A stretch of 16,752 nucleotides of DNA, from contig NZ_JAYKGW010000010.1 of the NCBI RefSeq assembly GCF_035285525.1, forward strand, positions 1 to 16,752, in the 5' to 3' direction. Of this stretch, positions 7,839-13,548 are shown piece by piece. Origin of the DNA: Okeania sp. GTDB taxonomy: Bacteria; Cyanobacteriota; Cyanobacteriia; Cyanobacteriales; Microcoleaceae. Position 1 is the stretch's first letter. Each line of letters starts with the position of its first letter. The position numbers and the translations under genes are program-made. Below the pieces are notes generated by a model. The model saw only the letters and a program-made list of their open reading frames with translations. It made no database searches and had not been told where the DNA came from.

Positions 7839-8598
7839 ATGAGACCTTTAGAATACATAGAACTGACTTCTATCAACAATGGAGAAACATTAGAACCAGG
7901 AAAAACATACGAGATTACCTGGGATACTAACATCACTGGAAATGTTCGGATAGACTTGTACGAAGAAGACTCACTTTATAATTTCCTTGATTACAATATT
8001 CTTGATGCCTTCCATAAGGCAGCCGATGCTCAAGAGATAGCTGACGAGTTGGGACTTGACGACTATGATGAGAGTTTAATTGGTGGTGGTCTGGCTGAGG
8101 ATGGCAGCTATACTTGGACAGTACCAGAAGATTTCGTTGCTGGTGATGAATACGAGTTCAAGATAACCAGTATTAGTGACGACACTGTTTACGACTTCAG
8201 TAACAGCAAATTTAGTGTTGAGGCTGCTGAAGATTATATTAATGTTACTTCCTTCAATGTAGGCGGGGGTGTAACACGAGGAGAAACATACGAAATCACC
8301 TGGGATACTAACTAATATTAGTGGACTAATACAACTAGAACTTTATAAGGGAGACTCGCCCTCCGAATATGCTTACAATGGTGGTTATAATTCTTCCCTG
8401 GTTCTTTACACTTCTGCAGGTGGTAGTATTTCAGACCTCCATAAAATAGCCTGGGTGAATGCTGAAGACGGGAGGTACGAAGTGACAATTAAAGACCGAT
8501 TTGGATTATTGCTTGCCCAGGGGGATGACTACAGGATAAAGTTAACCACTCTCGACGATGGCGTTAGCACCTTTACCGACTATTTTAGTGTTTTGTAG
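7839..8598 (+). pseudogene. Frameshifted gene for a protein with two Kre9/KNH-like (Ser/Thr-rich GPI-anchored family type) Ig-like domains
   Basis: ORF 7839..8315 ends ...RGETYEITWDTN*, restarting the motif seen at its own N-terminus (GKTYEITWDTNITGNVRIDLYEED). The +1 frame from 8314 continues NISGLIQLELYKGD...DGRYEVTIKD...GDDYRIKLTTLDDGVSTFTDYFSVL* to TAG at 8596-8598, which is a second copy of the domain. One extra base near 8313 separates the two frames. No signal peptide is visible. Confidence 0.55.
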
Positions 8599-8685
8599 TG
8601 GTGTACAAATATTGATTTTTGCCGTTAACCTCCTAACAGTTAGCCAAATAGAGGCGAAGTTTTCAAACTAAAGGAAAGCTGACAG

Positions 8686-8737
8686 AAAGCGATCGCTCCT
8701 CCCAAACCAACCAAGTTTGAGGAGCGACGCTTTTTTT
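8686..8737 (+). repeat. Island repeat, copy A (hairpin core only)
   Basis: AAAGCGATCGCTCCTCCCAAACCAACCAAGTTTGAGGAGCGACGCTTTTTTT has the stem GCG(A)TCGCTCCTC / GAGGAGCGACGC followed by T7. This is an intrinsic-terminator shape on the + strand, 88 nt after the 8598 stop. Confidence 0.7.
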
Positions 8738-8893
8738 GAGGATTTTATAGAAGTTGAGGGAGAAGCAGAACTTATTTCTTCCCTAGAAATATCTGCCAGT
8801 GAAGCAGCATGGCAAGATTATCAAGCAGGTCGCGATCGCGGCAAATCTCTCTCAGAATTAGAATTAGAATTATTAGGGAGGGAACTTGACTGA
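8717..8893 (+). pseudogene. Possible remnant of the antitoxin gene upstream of the RelE/ParE toxin
   Basis: The frame is open from 8672 to TGA at 8891-8893 and overlaps the toxin start by 8 nt, as in TA operons. Its C-terminal part reads ...ISASEAAWQDYQAGRDRGKSLSELELELLGRELD. The only in-frame start is TTG at 8717, inside the repeat hairpin, so the 5' part appears to have been replaced by the repeat. Confidence 0.3.
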
Positions 8894-9143
8894 GTGGAAT
8901 CTAATCATACTAAAAGCAGCGGAAAATTACCTAAAACGATTGCCCTTACCAGATCAAGAACGGATTATTCGAGGTTTAAAGTTGCTCAAAGCCGACCGAA
9001 CAATGGTAGATATTAAGCCCCTCAAAGGTCGTCCCGAATGGCGATTGCGAGTTGGTAAATATGGAGTGCTTTTTATAGAAGACAGGGATAACTTAACTTA
9101 TATTATCACAGTTATTAGTCCGCGAGGAGATGCTTATAAATAA
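8886..9143 (+). CDS. RelE/ParE-family type II toxin
   Basis: 85-aa ORF with a TTG start. ...AENYLKRLPLPDQERIIRGLKLL...DIKPLKGRPEWRLRVGKYGVLFIEDRDNLTYIITVISPRGDAY matches the RelE/ParE pattern (L.g....wRlRvG.yRvlf.i......i..i..R..aY). Confidence 0.8.
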   Translation: MTEWNLIILKAAENYLKRLPLPDQERIIRGLKLLKADRTMVDIKPLKGRPEWRLRVGKYGVLFIEDRDNLTYIITVISPRGDAYK

Positions 9144-9149
9144 GAGCAT

Positions 9150-9275
9150 CAGCGCATCGCTCCTCCCAAAACAACCGAGTTTGAGGAGCGACGCTTTTTT
9201 TTATGGAGGGAAAGAGCGATATTTCATTCCTAGCAATGAAAACTGTCTCTAATTATCAATCATCAAAGCGATCGC
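9150..9275 (+). repeat. Island repeat, copy B (hairpin plus tail, then the head of a next unit truncated at a HIP1 site)
   Basis: GCATCGCTCCTCCCAAAACAACCGAGTTTGAGGAGCGACGCTTTTTTTT ATGGAGGGAAAGAGCGATATTTCATTCCTAGCAATGAAAACTGTCTCTAATTATCAATCATCAAAGCGATCGC. It starts 7 nt after the toxin stop, so it is a likely terminator for that gene. Confidence 0.7.
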
Positions 9276-9277
9276 TC

Positions 9278-9577
9278 TCAAGAACTTACCAAAATATAAT
9301 TACCAATAATCCTTTTTAGTTCCAGTGGAGCTTCCAGAGCAATGGCTGCCCCCATATCTGGACGAACCACCCACCACCAAACCAACTTTTCTAAATAACT
9401 AGGCGGTTCCTCGTTCGGACACCACTCAATAGAATCATCATTAACACCAATAATATTAGGAAAAAAATCATTAGCTATAGCAACTCGTTCATCAAGTTTA
9501 TCCAACTGCACCACATTTTCCCAAGCAACCTCACCAGGAATCGAATTTAAAATTGTTTCTACATCTAAAGTCAACAT
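9278..9577 (-). CDS. Small acidic protein of unknown family; candidate immunity protein for the upstream nuclease-like toxin
   Basis: 99-aa ORF whose ATG overlaps the stop of the upstream ORF (TAATG at 9575-9579, minus strand). I recognise no family motif. It has a Trp-rich segment (EKLVWWWVVRPD). Confidence 0.55.
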   Translation of the reverse strand: MLTLDVETILNSIPGEVAWENVVQLDKLDERVAIANDFFPNIIGVNDDSIEWCPNEEPPSYLEKLVWWWVVRPDMGAAIALEAPLELKRIIGNYILVSS

Positions 9578-10056
9578 TAAATTATACCTCCAAAAGCTCT
9601 AACTACTCTAACACCAAAGTCTTGTTGTTCTGCAAAAGATTGTTTACCTATCCATTCTCTCACCGTCATCTTTTCCCAACCAGTTAACTCTGGTTGAATA
9701 GAATTATAAAAGTTGGTGATTTCTTGATGAATAGATCCTGAACCATGTTCTAAGCGAACTAAATTACCTGTATTATGAATCGCTTCTGCACCAAAAGTCC
9801 GTAAATTTGAAGTAGTTTGTCCAACGATATGATGCCAGGCAAATCCTGGGCCTGCCTTACCCATAACTCTTTTAAACTCACTAAATCTCTTGAAACCTTT
9901 TCCTGGTCTCGCTTGGGGAACTACCGTCCTTGCTGCCAGTTCTTTTGCCAGAAGCCTGGCTATTTCTTGTCTAGTTTCATCTGTCACTGGTTTGAGTTTA
10001 ACTACATTACTATATTTGATACTTTCATTATGAAGAAATATCCCTCTTTTTATCAA
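9577..10056 (-). CDS. HNH/Endonuclease VII-fold toxin-like protein (WHH/AHH-type motif); start codon uncertain
   Basis: 159-aa ORF. ...MGKAGPGFAWHHIVGQTTSNLRTFGAEAIHNTGNLVRLEHGSGSIHQEITNFY... follows the xHH - N..N.v.L - H...I..Y arrangement of the AHH/WHH clades of polymorphic-toxin nucleases. The only early start is TTG at 10056. The frame opens only at 10071, directly beside repeat copy C. Confidence 0.55.
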   Translation of the reverse strand: MIKRGIFLHNESIKYSNVVKLKPVTDETRQEIARLLAKELAARTVVPQARPGKGFKRFSEFKRVMGKAGPGFAWHHIVGQTTSNLRTFGAEAIHNTGNLVRLEHGSGSIHQEITNFYNSIQPELTGWEKMTVREWIGKQSFAEQQDFGVRVVRAFGGII

Positions 10057-10080
10057 CTTTGGGAATAAGGATCAACCAAA

Positions 10081-10236
10081 AAAGCGATATTGCCACCGCA
10101 ATGCTGCGCGAACGCGCAAGCGATACGGAGCATTGTCGCTCCTCCCAAAGCAACCGAGTTTGAGGAGCGACGCTTTTTTTTATGGAGGAAAGGAGCGATA
10201 GTTAATTCCAACTAATCAAAACTGTCTCTAATTATT
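10081..10236 (+). repeat. Island repeat, copy C (near full length)
   Basis: AAAGCGATATTGCCACCGCAATGCTGCGCGAA...GTCGCTCCTCCCAAAGCAACCGAGTTTGAGGAGCGACGCTTTTTTTT ATGGAGGAAAGGAGCGATAGTTAATTCCAACTAATCAAAACTGTCTCTAATTAT. Confidence 0.75.
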
Positions 10237-10252
10237 CATTATTAATGATTAA

Positions 10253-11074
10253 TTATTCATTATTTTGAGCAGCTTGTTGGACTTGTTCCACAGTTAAATC
10301 CAACCGTTGTGCTATTTCTTCAACACTCAACCCCAGTTCTAAAAACATAGGAACTAATTGCAACTTAGTTAATAATGTCCCCTCTTCTATACCTTTTTCT
10401 CTACCTTCTTCTATACCCTCCTGCTTAATTCCTAGATAAAGTCGAGATTTTTTAAAATCATCCATGCCTAGCATTTCTACTACCTCCTCTGGTGATAAAT
10501 TTTTAAATTTGTACAAAATAATTGTTTTGACTAATTCTAGCACTTTTTCCTTTTCAGTCTGTTGTGCTAGTTCTGTCGTTGCTTTGGCAGCTAACTTTTT
10601 GGCCTGTTGTACTGCCAACTCCTCATCTTCTACTATTAACTTGACTATACCTAAACCCAAGTTATCGTAAGCATCTTCTCCCAAGTCTTCGAGATAAACT
10701 ACCGTAACCTGACTGCTATCTAATAGAACTTTATACGGTTGAGTATCTTCTGGCTCAATATCGCGGTTAGCAAATACCACTAACCCTTGCCAATATTTGG
10801 CTTCCTCATATTGACGGAGATACAGAAATATCTCGCCAAAAAATCGACGGTAAAATGCTTCATCTTTTTGCATCTGCACTTCACCAAAATGGATAGGAGT
10901 ATCAGGAGACTGAGTATTCGGAACTAATACACCATCCAAACGAAAACCTGTTTGTTTGATTTCGACTGAGCGAAACCTGTAAGAACTTGCCAGAGTCGGA
11001 GATTCACCTAAGAGTTGAAAGTAAATGCCGGGCATCTCCAAAAAGAGTCGATAAAATATACTATCTGTTTTCAT
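10253..11074 (-). CDS. Rpn-family / DUF2887 PD-(D/E)XK nuclease-like protein (putative transposase-like) with a DUF4351-type C-terminal module
   Basis: 273-aa ORF. MKTDSIFYRLF...YRFRSVEIKQTGFRLDGVLVP...PIHFGEVQMQKDEAFYRRFFGEIFLYL is the typical cyanobacterial DUF2887/Rpn N-terminal core (D ... E.Q). The C-terminus reads ...FKKSRLY...VPMFLELGLSVEEIAQRLDLTVEQVQQAAQ. Confidence 0.85.
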   Translation of the reverse strand: MKTDSIFYRLFLEMPGIYFQLLGESPTLASSYRFRSVEIKQTGFRLDGVLVPNTQSPDTPIHFGEVQMQKDEAFYRRFFGEIFLYLRQYEEAKYWQGLVVFANRDIEPEDTQPYKVLLDSSQVTVVYLEDLGEDAYDNLGLGIVKLIVEDEELAVQQAKKLAAKATTELAQQTEKEKVLELVKTIILYKFKNLSPEEVVEMLGMDDFKKSRLYLGIKQEGIEEGREKGIEEGTLLTKLQLVPMFLELGLSVEEIAQRLDLTVEQVQQAAQNNE

Positions 11075-11169
11075 TGAAAAATTTTGTTGTCATAGGGATA
11101 ATTATATCATGGTGCATAGCTCTTGATAACAGTTTTAGGATTTGTTTAGATTACTTTTGATTTTCAAGT

Positions 11170-11238
11170 TACGCGATCGCTGCCCGTACATTTTCTCAGG
11201 TCAAAAGTGGATATTCAATAATTTCTTCTATTGTCAAC
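11170..11238 (-). pseudogene. Fragment of a DUF433 gene (C-terminal part), truncated by repeat copy D
   Basis: 11173-11238 aligns by eye at roughly 85-90% nucleotide identity with 6056-6124 of the intact DUF433 gene. The minus-strand translation is LTIEEIIEYPLLT*ENVRAAIA, against [23 protein letters not shown] in the intact gene. It has one codon deletion and an in-frame TGA, and homology stops where the repeat begins at 11239. Confidence 0.65.
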
Positions 11239-11373
11239 TATCAATTATCAAAGCGATATTGCTACCGCAACACAAAGCGATCGCTCTTCCCAAACCAACC
11301 AAGTTTGAGGAGCGACGCTTTTTTTATAGAGGAAAGGAGCAATAGTTAATTCCAAGGAACGAAAACTGTCTTT
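11239..11373 (+). repeat. Island repeat, copy D
   Basis: CTATCAATTATCAAAGCGATATTGCTACCGCAACACAAAGCGATCGCTCTTCCCAAACCAACCAAGTTTGAGGAGCGACGCTTTTTTT ATAGAGGAAAGGAGCAATAGTTAATTCCAAGGAACGAAAACTGTCTTT. Confidence 0.75.
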
Positions 11374-11483
11374 ACAGCAGTTTTCATTTCATAAAATCAC
11401 TGTAGGGAGGTTGCATAACAAAAATGCTAACGTCCCTACCATATTTTGGTTATGGCGATGTGGTTCATCAAAAGTGAAAAGCG

Positions 11484-11637
11484 CTGTAATTATCCATTAT
11501 CCATTATCAAAGCGATATTGCTACCGCAACACAAAGCGATCGCTCCTCCCAAAGCAACCGAGCTTGAAGAGCGACGCTTTTTTTATAGAGGAAAAGAGCG
11601 ATAGTTAATTCCAAGCAATGAAAACTGTCTCTAATTA
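11484..11637 (+). repeat. Island repeat, copy E (full length)
   Basis: CTGTAATTATCCATTATCCATTATCAAAGCGATATTGCTACCGCAACACAAAGCGATCGCTCCTCCCAAAGCAACCGAGCTTGAAGAGCGACGCTTTTTTT ATAGAGGAAAAGAGCGATAGTTAATTCCAAGCAATGAAAACTGTCTCTAATTAT. Its right end abuts the stop codon of ORF 11635..11844. Confidence 0.75.
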
Positions 11638-11844
11638 TTCATTATTTTGAGCGGCTTTTTGAACTTGCTCCACAGTTAAATCCAACCGTTGTGCTATCTC
11701 TTCAACAGTCAACCCCAGTTCTAAAAACATAGGAACTGCTAGTAGTTTTGCCTCTTTTATACCTTCTTGTCTGCCCTCTTCTTTGGCCATCCGCTGCATT
11801 CCTTTATAAAGTCGAGATTTTTTAAATTCCTCCATGCTATACAT
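11635..11844 (-). CDS. Stand-alone DUF4351-type C-terminal module (orphan copy of the Rpn-family tail)
   Basis: The 69-aa ORF MYSMEEFKKSRLYKGMQRMAKEEGRQEGIKEAKLLAVPMFLELGLTVEEIAQRLDLTVEQVQKAAQNNE is collinear with the last ~73 aa of ORF 10253..11074. It has its own AGGAGG 8 nt upstream of the ATG and starts 15 nt after the stop of the preceding module. Confidence 0.55.
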   Translation of the reverse strand: MYSMEEFKKSRLYKGMQRMAKEEGRQEGIKEAKLLAVPMFLELGLTVEEIAQRLDLTVEQVQKAAQNNE

Positions 11845-11859
11845 TTTTATTACCTCCTA

Positions 11860-12661
11860 TTAATTAGACTGACTTTGAGCAGCTTGTTGGACTTGTTCCA
11901 CAGTTAAATCTAACCGTTGTGCTATTTCTTCAATAGTAAACCTTGCTTCTAGCAACAGAGGAACTACTTGCAACTTAGTTAATAATGTCCCCTCTTCTAT
12001 ACCCTCCTGCTTAATACCTAGATAAAGTCGAGATTGTTTAAAATCATCCATCCCTAACATTTCTACTACCTCCTAGTCGCGATAAATTTTTAAATTTGTA
12101 CAAAATAATTGTTTTGACTAATTCTAGCACTTTTTCCTTTTCAGTCTTTTGTGCTAGTTCTGTCGTTGCTTTGGCAGCTAGCTTTTTCGCCTGTTGTACT
12201 GCCTTTGCCTCATCTTCTACTATTAACTTGACTATACCCAAACCCAAGTTATCGTAAGCATCTTCTCCCAAGTCTTCCAAGTAAACTACCGTAACCTGAC
12301 TGCTATCTAATAGAACTTTATACGGTTGAGTATCTTCTGGCTCAATATCGCGGTTAGCAAATACCACTAACCCATGCCAATATTTGGCTTCCTTATATTG
12401 ACGGAGATACAGAAATATCTCGCCAAAAAATCGACGGTAAAAGTCTTCATCCTTTTGCATTTGCACTTCACCGAAATGGATAGGAGTATCAGCAGACTGA
12501 GTATTAGGAACTAATACACCATCCAAACGAAAACCTGTTTGTTTGATTTCGACCGAGCGAAACCTGTAAGAACTTGCCTGAGTGGGAGATTCACCTAAGA
12601 GTTCAAAGTAAATGCCGGGCATCTCCAAAAAGAGTCGATAAAATATACTATCTGTTTTTAT
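11860..12661 (-). pseudogene. Decayed paralog of the Rpn/DUF2887 gene (start codon lost, frameshifted)
   Basis: It is well above 90% nucleotide identity by eye to 10253-11074, including about 70 nt of upstream sequence. The ancestral ATG is ATA here (12659-12661, versus 11072-11074). A divergent patch with one extra base at 12075-12081 splits the gene into track ORFs 12044..12628 and 11860..12060. Confidence 0.8.
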
Positions 12662-12757
12662 TGAAAAATTTTGTTGTCATGTTGATAATTATATCATGGT
12701 GAATAGCTGTTGATCCCACTTTTAGGATTTGCTTAATCTTATCTAAAACTTAATGAG

Positions 12758-12918
12758 ACTGTCTTTAATTATCAATTATCCCAGGGATGTTGCTACTGCA
12801 ACGCTATGGGAGGAGCATTATCGTTCCTCCCAAACCAACCGAGTTTGATGAGCAACGCTTTTTTTATGGAAGACAAGAGCGATAGTTAGTTCCAACCAAT
12901 GAAGACTGTCTCTGATTA
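12758..12918 (+). repeat. Island repeat, copy F (full length, diverged hairpin)
   Basis: ACTGTCTTTAATTATCAATTATCCCAGGGATGTTGCTACTGCAACGCTATGGGAGGAGCATTATCGTTCCTCCCAAACCAACCGAGTTTGATGAGCAACGCTTTTTTT ATGGAAGACAAGAGCGATAGTTAGTTCCAACCAATGAAGACTGTCTCTGATTAT. Confidence 0.7.
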
Positions 12919-12962
12919 TCCATTATCAAAGCGATGTTGCTACCGCAATGCTACGCGATCGC
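12905..12962 (+). repeat. Partial island repeat (head only), tandem to copy F and ending at a HIP1 site
   Basis: ACTGTCTCTGATTATCCATTATCAAAGCGATGTTGCTACCGCAATGCTACGCGATCGC. It covers the same portion as the partial copy at 5557-5615, on the other flank of the island. Confidence 0.6.
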
Positions 12963-13534
12963 CTGATTTCCTAACTCTGAAGCTTTAAGTCCTTATTCTA
13001 AGAGTTCGTAGAATTTGGGTAAGTCCTGAGTTAAATAAAAATAATTCATAAAGTATAAATGCTTACTAAATTACTGCTTTTTATGCTACTTTTTTGTGTT
13101 GCTATTTGAAATACAGAATGTGGGTATGATATAAGTTATGTCAAACCTGTTTAATCAAATTTTAGGTGGTCTTATAGATATAATGATTTAGACTCAAGGG
13201 AGGAAGTAGGGAATAGAAAAACCGTTAGTTAAATTCTAGGTTTCAAAAGAATAACTCTGAGAATCCTAGCTGACCTTTTTTCTAAATATTACTATTGGTA
13301 CATCACTACCAAATTTTATATATAGAAGTTCTAAATCAAATTGTGACATTTTATTGTATGGGTTTAGTCTCCAGAACTAATTTCCGCTTTGGTTTCTCAA
13401 CTAAAACCCTGCAATTTTTTGACAACTCATTGAGGATTAGGATAAACTCTAGCAGTTTTAGAATTATAAAAATTATCAATGACCTGTAAAATAATAATTT
13501 TATGGTCAAAAATATGATCATATACATTAATTTA

Positions 13535-13541
13535 AAGGAGG
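13535..13541 (+). promoter_or_regulatory. Shine-Dalgarno sequence of the giant ORF
   Basis: AAGGAGG lies 7 nt upstream of the ATG at 13549. Confidence 0.7.
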
Positions 13542-13548
13542 TAAAAAA

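Noticed and set aside
8298-8320. Programmed +1 ribosomal frameshift joining the two halves of the Kre9/KNH-like gene.
   Set aside because: The site (ACU AAC UAA U) has no slippery codon allowing P-site tRNA re-pairing in +1, and there is no upstream SD-like stimulator comparable to prfB. A mutation or sequencing error is more parsimonious.
10121-10175. A possible antiterminator/terminator alternative pairing inside the island repeat. An upstream GGAGC or GGGAGGA could compete for the GCTCC(TC) arm of the terminator hairpin.
   Set aside because: The upstream arm exists only in copies C (5 bp) and F (7 bp) and is absent from copies A, B, D and E. In copy F the terminator stem itself is degraded. 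The feature is not conserved, so it is probably fortuitous.
9817-10670. Plus-strand ORFs 9817..10068 and 10464..10670.
   Set aside because: They are antisense to the HNH-like ORF and the Rpn-family gene respectively, and show no motifs.
11142-11608. Track ORFs 11142..11345 and 11411..11608 (+ strand).
   Set aside because: Both are composed largely of the island repeat (copies D and E) and read through its hairpin and T-run. The same artefactual frame recurs wherever the repeat occurs.
8686-12962. The repeat-spacer-repeat layout of the island element as a possible CRISPR array.
   Set aside because: The repeats are about 50-160 nt and diverged. The 'spacers' are 0.1-1 kb, irregular and contain genes. 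No cas genes or leader are visible.
8686-12962. An integron-like cassette array, with the structured repeats acting as attC sites.
   Set aside because: There is no integrase gene or attI in the window. Cassette genes lie on both strands while the repeats all face one way. The repeat also lacks the R''-L''/L'-R' attC organisation as far as I can see.
13295-13489. The 64-aa + strand ORF in the AT-rich region upstream of the giant gene.
   Set aside because: It has no SD and its composition is AT-driven and rich in I/F/N/K. It lies in the probable promoter region.
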